NCBI GenBank assembly: GCA_964452165.1
Contig: CAYVKP010000001.1
Coordinates: 1,715-65,714 of the forward strand
Direction of reading: 5' to 3'
Source of the DNA: an uncultured Gammaproteobacteria bacterium
Lineage (GTDB): Bacteria; Patescibacteriota; Microgenomatia; Levybacterales; GWA1-39-11
DNA: 64,000 nt
Position numbers and translations under genes: made by a program. Under the pieces are notes generated by a model. It was not told the DNA's origin, ran no database searches, and saw only the letters and a list, made by a program, of their open reading frames with translations. Below are positions 34,474 to 43,041 of this stretch, one piece after another. Positions within the stretch are counted from its first letter, which is position 1. Every line of letters begins with the position of its first letter.

Positions 34474-34500
34474 AATAAAAAACCTCCCCTTCAGGAGGTC
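34474..34500 (-). terminator. intrinsic terminator (ACCTCC-TGAAGG-GGAGGT + T6ATT on the minus strand)
   Basis: Hairpin at 34482-34499 with an A-run on the plus strand upstream. It is the middle of three CCTCC/GGAGG hairpins. Confidence 0.65.
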
Positions 34501-34602
34501 ATATAATTTTTGTTGTGTTTAAATTACACTACAAAACTAACCTCCTAATTCAGAAGGTTTTGCCAATCACTCAATTTATTAACTTTAAAATTATTTTTCA
34601 TA

Positions 34603-34854
34603 TTAAACACTTATAAATTTTCCTCTTTTTATTTCTTTTGAACCTCTTGTAACAGTTGCTATTCCAACACCAAGCTTTTCTGCAATCTTGTGTTGCGGTA
34701 CCCCACTCTTGATCATTTTTACTATTTCCAAACGTGTCGGGATTTCAACCAATTCTTTAGGTGTAAAAATTCCCTGAAGGAAGTTAAGCATTTCCTCTTG
34801 AGAATTTATACTTAACAAAGCATCAATCAAGGAATCTAAATACCTATCGTTCAC
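34603..34854 (-). CDS. TrpR-like YerC/YecD family protein
   Basis: 83 aa: ...FTPKELVEIPTRLEIVKMI..G.PQHKIAEKLGVGIATVTRGSKE (HTH). Confidence 0.8.
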   Translation of the reverse strand: MNDRYLDSLIDALLSINSQEEMLNFLQGIFTPKELVEIPTRLEIVKMIKSGVPQHKIAEKLGVGIATVTRGSKEIKRGKFISV

Positions 34855-34896
34855 AAGTTATATTATACTAGTGTACTAGTATTTGTCAAGGGGGAA

Positions 34897-36258
34897 CTAT
34901 GCCAAAGCTTCGACTTCTTGCTTAAATTGGGCACCTCGTTCTTTGTAATTCTTAAACATATCAAAAGATGCGCAGGCGGGCGTCAGAATGACTACGTCAC
35001 CAATCTCAGCAACAGCTTTGGCGGCCTTTACAATTTGTTCCATGTTTGTTGCGTCTTCAATAATATGAAACTTATGGAAATGGCCGATTTCAGCTTTAAT
35101 CTTTGGCCATTCCTCACCAATTCCAATAACAGCTTTTATATTTTTTGCGTTGCGAATAGTTTTGCCAAGGCCGGAGAAATCGCTATTCTTGCTTGACCCA
35201 CCAAGAATTAATATCTCGGGGTCTTCAAACGCTTCAATTGCGGCAGTTGCCGTCTCTGGAGTTGTTGAGAAAGAATCATCATAGTAGCGGACTCCATTGA
35301 AAAGACGGACAAGCTCAAGCCTATGCTCAAGTCCTTTAAATTCCTTAAGAACTGCAGCTATGTTTTGTATCTGAACACCCGCAATATAGGCTGCCATTGC
35401 TGCGGCACATGCATTTTCCCAGTTATGTTTGCCCGGAAGAAGAATGTCGGCTGTCGCCAAAACTTTTTGCTCACCTTCATCATTCTTTATGACAATAAAT
35501 CCGTCTTTGACAAAACAGCCGCGGTCAACATTAAGTTCCCTACTTACAAAATACACTTGTCCCGCGGTTACAATATCGCTTTCATTGCTTGCCGGATAGT
35601 CGCGATTTATAACAGCGCTATCAACAGGACTTTGGTAGCGCAAGATATTTCTTTTTGCGTCCACATATTCCAGTACGTCCCTATGGTAGTCCAAATGTTC
35701 GCTTGTAACCATCAAAAACACCGCAATTTGAGGACTTTTGGTCAAATCCTGTAGTTGGAAGCTTGACAGCTCCAAGACGACCTTAGAATCGGATTTGAGC
35801 TGATCTATAAAATCCAAAGGTGGCGTACCAATATTTCCCCCAAGATAAACGGCCGCTCCCTGCTTTTTAAGCATCTCATGAATTAAACTTGAAGTTGTAC
35901 CCTTACCTTTCGTCCCGGTAACTCCAATTATTGGGCACGGACACAGGTCAAAGAAAATTTTGGTAGCAGAAGTTACGGGAGTTTTCTGTTTTTTAACTTT
36001 CTCAATTACGGCAGACAGGGGGCTAATTCCAGGTGAACGGACTACAAAGTCGAACCCTGAGAAGTCGTCAGGGTATGAATCCAAAATAAAATCGACATTT
36101 TTCTCGCGGAGCAGGTCAATCTTGTCTTTCTCAAGGGTAGACTCACTTCTAACATCTGAGATCGTGATTTTTGCATCATTTTTAAGTAAAAACGAGGCAA
36201 CACTCTCCCCTTCTACCCCAAATCCCAAAATTAAAACTTTTTTTCCTTTAAATTCCAT
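34897..36258 (-). CDS. murD: UDP-N-acetylmuramoylalanine--D-glutamate ligase
   Basis: GVTGTKGKGTT P-loop and Mur ligase architecture. Confidence 0.95.
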   Translation of the reverse strand: MEFKGKKVLILGFGVEGESVASFLLKNDAKITISDVRSESTLEKDKIDLLREKNVDFILDSYPDDFSGFDFVVRSPGISPLSAVIEKVKKQKTPVTSATKIFFDLCPCPIIGVTGTKGKGTTSSLIHEMLKKQGAAVYLGGNIGTPPLDFIDQLKSDSKVVLELSSFQLQDLTKSPQIAVFLMVTSEHLDYHRDVLEYVDAKRNILRYQSPVDSAVINRDYPASNESDIVTAGQVYFVSRELNVDRGCFVKDGFIVIKNDEGEQKVLATADILLPGKHNWENACAAAMAAYIAGVQIQNIAAVLKEFKGLEHRLELVRLFNGVRYYDDSFSTTPETATAAIEAFEDPEILILGGSSKNSDFSGLGKTIRNAKNIKAVIGIGEEWPKIKAEIGHFHKFHIIEDATNMEQIVKAAKAVAEIGDVVILTPACASFDMFKNYKERGAQFKQEVEALA

Positions 36259-36271
36259 TTATTTTGTTTGA

Positions 36272-37060
36272 TTATAGTTCAGCTTTATATACTCTATCAA
36301 GCCTGTATCCCAAAAGCCTTTGTGACACTACACGAAACTTTTGAGAATCTGCCGTTGTGTAATACAAATCATGAAGTTTTTTTGCTGAAGCCATGTCTTC
36401 TTGGGCAAGTATTTGTTTTACTCTTCTTGCTACGGCTCCTCCCGAATCATAAATAGTGACTTTTTTACCTACAATTTTTTTAATCTCCTCTGTCAAAAAT
36501 GGATAGTGAGTACAGCCCAATGCGATTGAATCGACTTTTTTTGCAAGAAGCGGTAAAAGTGATCTTTTAATTGCTGCCTCAATCTCAGACCCATCAATTA
36601 TCCCTTTTTCGACTAGATGTTCGAGCTTGCTCGTACCGATTGTATAAACTGTGATTTCTGAGGCGAATTTTTTTATTAAGTCTTTAAGATAGCGGCTTCT
36701 TGCAGTTGCGGGAGTTGAAAATACCGCAGTCTTTCGAGTCTTCGTTTTTTTGGCCAAAGTTTTAACGACAGGAACAACTGCAATTATAGGTACGTCGAAT
36801 TCTTGGCGTAAATAATCAATCGCATTAACGCTTACAGTATTACACGCAACAACAATTAACTTAACGTCTTTTTTGAGCAAAAAAGCAACAACTTTTGAAG
36901 AAAGAGATTTTATTTTGGCAACAGTTCTGCCTCCGTAAGGATTATTCTTTTGATCTGCTAAATAGATGAATGACTCACGAGGCAAAAGCTTCTTTATTTC
37001 GGTAAGAATGGTCAAGCCCCCAACACCCGAATCAAAAATTCCGATTGGTCTATTATCCAT
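36272..37060 (-). CDS. murI: glutamate racemase
   Basis: IGIFDSGVGGLT, VVACNT and LGCTHYP catalytic-cysteine motifs. Confidence 0.95.
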   Translation of the reverse strand: MDNRPIGIFDSGVGGLTILTEIKKLLPRESFIYLADQKNNPYGGRTVAKIKSLSSKVVAFLLKKDVKLIVVACNTVSVNAIDYLRQEFDVPIIAVVPVVKTLAKKTKTRKTAVFSTPATARSRYLKDLIKKFASEITVYTIGTSKLEHLVEKGIIDGSEIEAAIKRSLLPLLAKKVDSIALGCTHYPFLTEEIKKIVGKKVTIYDSGGAVARRVKQILAQEDMASAKKLHDLYYTTADSQKFRVVSQRLLGYRLDRVYKAEL

Positions 37061-37128
37061 AAACGAACATTAATTATAATCAAACTTTAATTCAAAACAA
37101 GAGCGATTTGTGCTAAAATTAGGCTCTT

Positions 37129-37200
37129 GCCAGGGTAGCTCAGTGGTAGAGCACAAGATTCATATCCTTGCGGTCGTGGGTTCGAACCCCACCCCTGGTA
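37129..37200 (+). tRNA. tRNA with CAT anticodon (elongator Met, or Ile2 if lysidinylated)
   Basis: GCCAGGGTAGCTCAGTGGTAGAGCACAAGATTCATATCCTTGCGGTCGTGGGTTCGAACCCCACCCCTGGTA. It folds as a cloverleaf with anticodon loop TTCATAT. The initiator-specific features are absent. Confidence 0.85.
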
Positions 37201-37258
37201 CATTTTCCGGCAAACTTGACAATAACAAGATTTTTAGCCTAAACTTATAGCAAGCAGT

Positions 37259-37642
37259 ATGGAAACTTTTTTAAGTGGGATCGCAAGCTTCGTGATTTTC
37301 CACCTCACGACCCGCCCCAAGGGGAAAATTAATCAAAAATATCCACGGGTTAAATTTAAAAGGATACAGCTTTTCCCAAGCTTTAATTTTGAGGCTAAAA
37401 ATAAGATTGTTCATGTTCACCACTGGATGTGGTTGACTCCGCTTTACGTTATTGCTCAAACTATTGGCCGGGGTTTTGCTATTTTTCAGTCTGATATTGT
37501 GCACGGTCTACTTCTTGGGGGAATATTACAAGGATTAATGTTTGAGGATAGTTTTAAATTCATTCATCACAATAAAGACTACCAGAAAAAAATAAAATCT
37601 ACTTCTTACCACAGGTTTGGCTTCCTAAAGAGAATCTTCTAA
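37259..37642 (+). CDS. hypothetical membrane protein
   Basis: 127-aa ORF between two tRNA genes, with hydrophobic segments. Confidence 0.45.
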   Translation: METFLSGIASFVIFHLTTRPKGKINQKYPRVKFKRIQLFPSFNFEAKNKIVHVHHWMWLTPLYVIAQTIGRGFAIFQSDIVHGLLLGGILQGLMFEDSFKFIHHNKDYQKKIKSTSYHRFGFLKRIF

Positions 37643-37712
37643 TTTATCTTTTGAATCTGCGCCAGTTTTGAGTTTACGAAAACTTGGCACCGAGATCACC
37701 GAGTGATCGAGG

Positions 37713-37796
37713 CGGAGGAGGCGAGATTCGAACTCGCGTAAGCTTGCGCTTGCATCCTTTCCAAGGATGTGGAATGGACCACTATCCGACTCCTCC
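37713..37796 (-). tRNA. tRNA-Ser (anticodon GGA)
   Basis: The reverse complement GGAGGAGTCGGATAGTGGTCC...CATCCTTGGAAAGGATG...long variable arm...GCGAGTTCGAATCTCGCCTCCTCCG. Confidence 0.9.
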
Positions 37797-37802
37797 AGCT
37801 GT

Positions 37803-38309
37803 CTATTTTATCATTAATTCTAGATAACTAAATGTTTCTCCGCTGTTGCCATAGTTTTCTATCTCTCTCATCTTCTTTGCTCCATATCTTCTCTCAAGAA
37901 CCTTACTTAAACCGTCGATTTGCCTCGTATGCATTGTAATTTTTTGATAGCCTTGCTCCTTGGCTTGGGCCATAAAACTATTACACATTCCCCGAACGTC
38001 TCTAGGTTTACCGCCAACTACCGCAAAAGACCAAATATATAATGCTCCTTCTTCCAAAACCAGCCCTGGGTCTGAAGGACCGGATTTTAAACTTGTTAAT
38101 GGAAATCCCGATATGTAGCCGGCTTTCTCCCCGCCGACCTCAAGGTACTCAGTAATACAACCGGGTCGTCTAAGAAAATATTCAATTCCTACGGTTGGCA
38201 TATGTTGCTCTCTTGGATATGCTAGTTCATCAATTTTCCGTAGTTCTTTTGCTACTTTATGAATTTTTATATCTGAACCTATAGCATTCCAGGCCTCTTT
38301 AAAAATCAT
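37803..38309 (-). CDS. GNAT-family N-acetyltransferase (putative)
   Basis: 168 aa with a pattern of beta-strand/helix motifs (...YIWSFAVVGGKPRDVRG...AKEQGYQKITMHTR) resembling the GNAT core. The assignment is moderate. Confidence 0.6.
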   Translation of the reverse strand: MIFKEAWNAIGSDIKIHKVAKELRKIDELAYPREQHMPTVGIEYFLRRPGCITEYLEVGGEKAGYISGFPLTSLKSGPSDPGLVLEEGALYIWSFAVVGGKPRDVRGMCNSFMAQAKEQGYQKITMHTRQIDGLSKVLERRYGAKKMREIENYGNSGETFSYLELMIK

Positions 38310-38332
38310 AAAGGAGAATTATAATTCACTGA

Positions 38333-38773
38333 CTAGGAATTCGCCAGTTCTCTAATTTGGGGAAGTGCTTCTTCAAAAGCCTGTTTATCGCTTTTATAAC
38401 TTAAACGATTCAAGATTTCGTTTTCAGGCAACCATTCAACTGCAGCCATCTCGTGATCGTGTTTTGTTATGTCTCCTCCCGCATATTTCATGATGAAGTA
38501 ATAAACGGTTTTCTTGCGTTTCTCCCCTTCCCAAACATACCAATAAGTAACGGGTGTTATTTGTTTTAAGATTTCGCCCTTGGCTCCAGTCTCCTCCTCT
38601 ACCTCACGGACCGCAGTCTCCTCTTTTTTTTCGTTTTTATTATCTTCCCTATCGCCAATTAAACCTTTTGGGAAAACCCAACCAAGATGTTGGGAGTGTT
38701 GTGAAACCAAAATTTCGATTATCAAACCGCTCTTTTTAAAAACTATTCCTCCAGCTGAAAATTCAAATTTCAT
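38333..38773 (-). CDS. NUDIX hydrolase
   Basis: Nudix box PKGLIGDRED...ETAVREVEEETG. Confidence 0.85.
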   Translation of the reverse strand: MKFEFSAGGIVFKKSGLIIEILVSQHSQHLGWVFPKGLIGDREDNKNEKKEETAVREVEEETGAKGEILKQITPVTYWYVWEGEKRKKTVYYFIMKYAGGDITKHDHEMAAVEWLPENEILNRLSYKSDKQAFEEALPQIRELANS

Positions 38774-39344
38774 ATGTTCTTATATTAATAAAGTCTAAGC
38801 CTGCCTTTTGGGCAGCAGTTTCGTCATTCTTACTATCTCCGATGAAGAGATAGTCTTCTTTGGGTGTTTTTCTATCCCAAATTTTGTAAAATCCTTCGTC
38901 CTCCGGTTTTAGCTGCTCGACACTCTCGCAAGATACAATTTTATCAAATTTATCCAAAATTCCAGCTTTTTCAAGCGCATATCGAGCAATGTTTTGGGAA
39001 TTACTCGTCCATATGTAAAGTTTAAACCCGTGAACTTTTTTAATAAATTCTATTAGCTTCTCGTTGTTAATAATTTCCTTAAGAAGATCTTTTTCCCAAT
39101 TGTGATTGTGACTATCGAGAAGTTTTTTATAACCCATTCGAGCATATTTATTTTGCATCTCGTTAAGACTTAGTTTCCGTGACTTATAGTCCGCGAGAAC
39201 ACTGGGATCGATTTTCTCGAGCTCTTTTTGAATTCTCTTTTCCCACTCTTTCCAAGGAAGCACAAGTTCAAGAATTGTTTCATCTAGATCAAAAATCAGA
39301 TGAGTCTTATCATTCTCAATGATATATTTTTGTAAATTACTCAT
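38763..39344 (-). CDS. HAD-family hydrolase
   Basis: Motif I LIFDLDETI and C-terminal GDSKNDE. Confidence 0.8.
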   Translation of the reverse strand: MSNLQKYIIENDKTHLIFDLDETILELVLPWKEWEKRIQKELEKIDPSVLADYKSRKLSLNEMQNKYARMGYKKLLDSHNHNWEKDLLKEIINNEKLIEFIKKVHGFKLYIWTSNSQNIARYALEKAGILDKFDKIVSCESVEQLKPEDEGFYKIWDRKTPKEDYLFIGDSKNDETAAQKAGLDFINIRTYEI

Positions 39345-39351
39345 TTAATTG

Positions 39352-39423
39352 CGCTCCCGGCGGGAATCGAACCCACATTAGAGGATCCGGAATCCCCCGT
39401 TCTATCCGTTGAACTACGGGAGC
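39352..39423 (-). tRNA. tRNA-Arg (anticodon CCG)
   Basis: The reverse complement GCTCCCGTAGTTCAACGGATAGAACGGGGGATTCCGGATCCTCTAATGTGGGTTCGATTCCCGCCGGGAGCG. Confidence 0.9.
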
Positions 39424-39451
39424 AAATGCGTCCGCGCCGAACAAAGTGAGG

Positions 39452-39536
39452 CGGAGGGTACAGGATTCGAACCTGTGAATCCCTTACAGGATCGAGTTTT
39501 CGAAACTCGTGCAATTGACCGCTATGCGAACCCTCC
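39452..39536 (-). tRNA. tRNA-Ser (anticodon CGA)
   Basis: The reverse complement GGAGGGTTCGCATAGCGGTCAATTGCACGAGTTTCGAAAACTCG + long variable arm + ACAGGTTCGAATCCTGTACCCTCCG. Confidence 0.9.
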
Positions 39537-39621
39537 AAGTTTCTCCCCAAAATATAAAATTTTTGGGGACCCCGGTTTTGTTTTGAGGCCTCCATTGCTT
39601 TCGCAATGGAGAGAAAATCTG

Positions 39622-39694
39622 CGTACCCGAGAGGAATCGAACCTCCAACCGCCTGGACCGCAACCAGGTGTTCTATCCATTGAACTACGGGTAC
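39622..39694 (-). tRNA. tRNA-Arg (anticodon GCG)
   Basis: The reverse complement GTACCCGTAGTTCAATGGATAGAACACCTGGTTGCGGTCCAGGCGGTTGGAGGTTCGATTCCTCTCGGGTACG. Confidence 0.85.
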
Positions 39695-39773
39695 AAAACT
39701 CTTTCCCAAAATCAAAGATTCTGGGGGCCCTGAGAGTGTATTTTAGATTATTTGAAGCTCTGAAGCAAACAAC

Positions 39774-40310
39774 TTAAGTCTTCTCGAGGGGAAAATTGTG
39801 AGAAAGCCAGTCGGCACTTTTCTCCATAAATGTGGGGTGAACGTATTCTCTATATGGAAGGTAGGGGACCAAAGTCTTGCGAATATGGTCGCGAGAAAGA
39901 TTACCAAGTGATATTTTAAGCTCACCCGGTAAAAGCGCCTGCGTACGAAGTGTCAATATATCTACTCCGTCCATTCTTTTAAAGTAAAAGTCGTACAATT
40001 CAGACCAGATATAAAAATAGTCCTCTACTTTTACTCCTTCCGTCGTGATTTTATAGTGAAAATCGTGTGGCGGGACAATTGATAGGGCAACCGATAAAAA
40101 GGCGAGCGCCAAAATGACAATCATAAGCTCATACTGACTGAAGAGAAAAAGAACGATCTCAAAAAGTAGCAACAATAATGTAACAGACATGAAGAATTGT
40201 TTGCCTTTTTTTCTAAATGGGCGTCCCGGAGCAGTCCAGGAAAGGAGAGTTCTTACATCGAATTCATGATCATGAGCACCTTCATGATGCTCGTGGACAG
40301 GCTGATCCAT
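39774..40310 (-). CDS. hypothetical membrane protein
   Basis: 178 aa with two central TM helices and a His-rich N-terminus. Confidence 0.6.
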   Translation of the reverse strand: MDQPVHEHHEGAHDHEFDVRTLLSWTAPGRPFRKKGKQFFMSVTLLLLLFEIVLFLFSQYELMIVILALAFLSVALSIVPPHDFHYKITTEGVKVEDYFYIWSELYDFYFKRMDGVDILTLRTQALLPGELKISLGNLSRDHIRKTLVPYLPYREYVHPTFMEKSADWLSHNFPLEKT

Positions 40311-40361
40311 ATACTTCTAATAATGCATTAACTCGCGCGAAAAATCAATCTTTAAGTGGGA

Positions 40362-41228
40362 TTAAAGCTCAAGAAGAGAGGTTGATTCACCGTTTTTAAC
40401 TTCCTTAAGATACTGAAGGTAGCGCTCGGTTGAAGAAAGTCTTTTGTGGCCTAGAATCTTTGATAAAAATACGATAGATATACCGTTCTTGAGGTGGTGA
40501 GCAACAAAAGTGTGGCGGAGATCATTTATCTTAGCGTTTTCAATTCCGGCTTTCCTGAAATATCGCTCTATGGCATCGCGAATATTACGTACCAGGAAAG
40601 GTTTACCGGTTTTTGTGACAAAAAGGTGGTCGTCTGGGGTCTGAGGTCTTGCGTCCATATATCGCCTTAAAGCTTCCTTTGCACGCTTATTTAGAGGAAC
40701 TTCTCGTGCGGCGTGTCCTTCATAAGTCCTTATTGCCAAAACCCCATCTTTTGCATCTTCAGAGCGTATGTTTGCAAGCTCCCCGATTCTTACACCTGTT
40801 TGAAGTAAAATTTCAACTATTGCAAAGATCCTTGGATCAGACGAGGCAGAATCACGAAGCGCTCTATATTCAAGAGGGGACAAAACCCTTGGGGGATTCA
40901 ACTCATACTTTGGGTGCTTCACCAGAAGTGAGGGGTCATCAGTGATAAATTCACTTACTTTGAGAAACCTATAGAATGTGCGCGTCGAGTTGAGTTTTCT
41001 TGAGACTGATTTTGGGGTGTATCCTTTCGTCTGCATAGAAACCAAGAAGGCCTGAATGTCGTCTGAGTTGACCTCGTGAACATTTTCCTTCTTAAGCTCA
41101 GCGAGAAAGCCAATAAGCTGATCAATATCCTTGCCATAGGCAAGAATTGTGGCAGAGGCTTTATTTTTTGACTTCAGGAATTCCTGGAAGCGGTCTTTAG
41201 CGTCTTTAATTCTAATTGCAGTTGCCAT
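40362..41228 (-). CDS. tyrosine recombinase (XerC/XerD-like)
   Basis: N-terminal SAM-like domain. Catalytic residues in ...RIGEL..., LRHTFVAHHL, GHKRLSSTERYLQ. Confidence 0.9.
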   Translation of the reverse strand: MATAIRIKDAKDRFQEFLKSKNKASATILAYGKDIDQLIGFLAELKKENVHEVNSDDIQAFLVSMQTKGYTPKSVSRKLNSTRTFYRFLKVSEFITDDPSLLVKHPKYELNPPRVLSPLEYRALRDSASSDPRIFAIVEILLQTGVRIGELANIRSEDAKDGVLAIRTYEGHAAREVPLNKRAKEALRRYMDARPQTPDDHLFVTKTGKPFLVRNIRDAIERYFRKAGIENAKINDLRHTFVAHHLKNGISIVFLSKILGHKRLSSTERYLQYLKEVKNGESTSLLEL

Positions 41229-41267
41229 AAAATTTAATAAAGCCTATAATATCAAGAGGCTCAGAGA

Positions 41268-41621
41268 TTGTCAATCATGAATACGGCTCGAAAGATTCTT
41301 CCTTTTTTAATCATTTTAGTCCTACTCCTCATAATTAAAGGTAATATTTCGGCAATTTTAGGTTCGTTTCATAACGAAAACACAACAACAAATCTCAAGA
41401 AACAACTCTCTTTACAGAAAAAGCAAAATCAGTACTTGAAGGAAAGACTGTCTTACGTTAAAACTGATCAATTTGTGCGCGAAGAGGCACAGGACAAGCT
41501 TGGGCTGCTTAAGAATGGGGAATATTTTGTTATTGCACCAACTCCAGCGCCATTTGAAGGAAAGAGCGTATTTTTAGATTCCGACCCTAATTGGAAGAAG
41601 TGGCTAAAGCTGTTCTTCTAA
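41268..41621 (+). CDS. septum formation initiator (FtsB/DivIC family)
   Basis: N-terminal TM helix, coiled coil, and ...DQFVREEAQDKLGLLKNGEYFVI, typical of FtsB/DivIC. Confidence 0.75.
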   Translation: MSIMNTARKILPFLIILVLLLIIKGNISAILGSFHNENTTTNLKKQLSLQKKQNQYLKERLSYVKTDQFVREEAQDKLGLLKNGEYFVIAPTPAPFEGKSVFLDSDPNWKKWLKLFF

Positions 41622-41626
41622 ATGAC

Positions 41627-42460
41627 CTAAGCTTTAACCGCAATTGGCTGAGATCGAGCTACAAATCTGGAAGATTCACGCCTGGGCCGCTTATTCATTC
41701 TTTCCCTTGATTGTCTTAAATACTGCTTTTCACTTCGAGTTTTTTCGCTTATAAAACCATGTAGGCTTTCTCTACCCTTATTCAAAGCTTCAGGACTTCT
41801 TAGAGCACCCCTTACGACAGCTCCCGGAATGTCCTTTGCAACTGAGGCAAGCACCACACCATCATCAACAAGTCCCACACCTTCGGCCAAATTATTCAAC
41901 CCTGCTTTAATAAAACCGGGCCCACCCACGTGATCAATACCAGAGGCTATTGCGTGAACTGCTTCAGGCGCCATTCCGCCTGCGACGGCGAGTGCGGCTG
42001 CAGAAGCAAGGCCTGTCAAGCGATTCTCATTTTTTAGACCCATTGATGCAAGACCTAATGCTCCTGAGGCTGTTGCTGCATCTATTACACCAGATCCACC
42101 CATTCCCAGCTTATCTAAAGCAAAAATTGCAACGCTTGTGGCCACCAAGCCAAAACCGGGTTCGCTTATTTTATGAGTGATAAATTTCATAGACTTATTG
42201 AACAGACTAAGGTTCTCGTTCGCGCTTTTTTCCAAATCCTGTAGATTGCTTAGATCAGGCGTTGACTTATCTATTTGACCGTTTGCAATCGCTGCAATTA
42301 CCTGGTCCGGGTTCGCGTTTGTTTTAGCTTCATTCGACTTCAGAAAGCTGAAAACTTTTTCTGCGGCCTTGTTTACAAACCCGACCTTTTTTTCCTGCTG
42401 GACTTGCGGTACAGCCTTTTCTTGTTGTGGAGGTCTAACTTCAGCTTTTATCGCATCCAT
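41627..42460 (-). CDS. hypothetical protein (Gly/Ala-rich hydrophobic core)
   Basis: 277-aa ORF with no domain recognised. Confidence 0.55.
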   Translation of the reverse strand: MDAIKAEVRPPQQEKAVPQVQQEKKVGFVNKAAEKVFSFLKSNEAKTNANPDQVIAAIANGQIDKSTPDLSNLQDLEKSANENLSLFNKSMKFITHKISEPGFGLVATSVAIFALDKLGMGGSGVIDAATASGALGLASMGLKNENRLTGLASAAALAVAGGMAPEAVHAIASGIDHVGGPGFIKAGLNNLAEGVGLVDDGVVLASVAKDIPGAVVRGALRSPEALNKGRESLHGFISEKTRSEKQYLRQSRERMNKRPRRESSRFVARSQPIAVKA

Positions 42461-42792
42461 TATGTGTTTGCCTTCTTCAAAATAGCATGTGCCTCTTCAA
42501 TTCTACCTGAATCTATAAGTTTTTGAGCATGCGCGGCAACAACCGTTCTTAAATGATCATCGTGCTCTTTCATTAAGGGAATAGTGGCATTCGAAAGCTC
42601 TATAAACTCATCATCGAGTGTTGTAACGACATCATATAGTTGTTCTAGTGTTAAGGGAGGATGAAGTTTTTCAAGAAGCATTTTGGCAATTTTCTGGGCT
42701 CGTTCAGCACTCATTTGTCCAACGGCAAGCTTGTTTTCCATTAACACAAGAATGTCACGTTCGAGCTGCTTTCTCTTTTCTTCCGAGTCCAT
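42460..42792 (-). CDS. hypothetical protein
   Basis: The ORF is open to 42843, but MDSEEK (42792) is the more plausible start. All-helical composition. Confidence 0.55.
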   Translation of the reverse strand: MDSEEKRKQLERDILVLMENKLAVGQMSAERAQKIAKMLLEKLHPPLTLEQLYDVVTTLDDEFIELSNATIPLMKEHDDHLRTVVAAHAQKLIDSGRIEEAHAILKKANT

Positions 42793-42868
42793 TAGGTCAT
42801 TATTGTGGGATTTCCAGACGAAAGTCAAACGAAATGCGTGCACTGAGGAACACTAGCGACGAATGTGT

Positions 42869-42937
42869 TGCGGAGCCAGGAATCGCACCTAGTCTAGGAG
42901 ATTATGAGCCTCCTGTGCAGCTTTACACTACCCCGCA
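42869..42937 (-). tRNA. atypical tRNA-like gene with CAT anticodon
   Basis: The reverse complement (T)GCGGGGTAGTGTAAAGCTGCACAGGAGGCTCATAATCTCCTAGACTAGGTGCGATTCCTGGCTCCGCA. The acceptor, anticodon (loop CTCATAA) and T stems form. The D-loop is short and lacks GG, and the T-loop reads TGCGATT rather than TTCRANY. Confidence 0.6.
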
Positions 42938-43041
42938 TGTGGCTTAATTATACCAGCTTCGAGCCTAAAACGAAAGAGCTTGGACTACCTAAAGCCGAAA
43001 AAAGTTGTTTTTGCTAAGTTTTTCTTGTAAAATCAACTCTC

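Noticed and set aside
39341-39777. ORFs 39341..39715 (-) and 39409..39777 (+)
   Set aside because: They are fully explained by three tRNA genes and their spacers.
40362-41228. Tyrosine recombinase next to a tRNA cluster as the marker of an integrated mobile element
   Set aside because: There is no compositional shift, no flanking direct repeats that I could see, and no phage or plasmid cargo. The neighbours are ordinary host-like genes. It is most simply the chromosomal Xer-type recombinase.
42648-42947. ORF 42648..42947 (+)
   Set aside because: It is antisense to a better minus-strand ORF and overlaps the CAT-anticodon tRNA-like gene.
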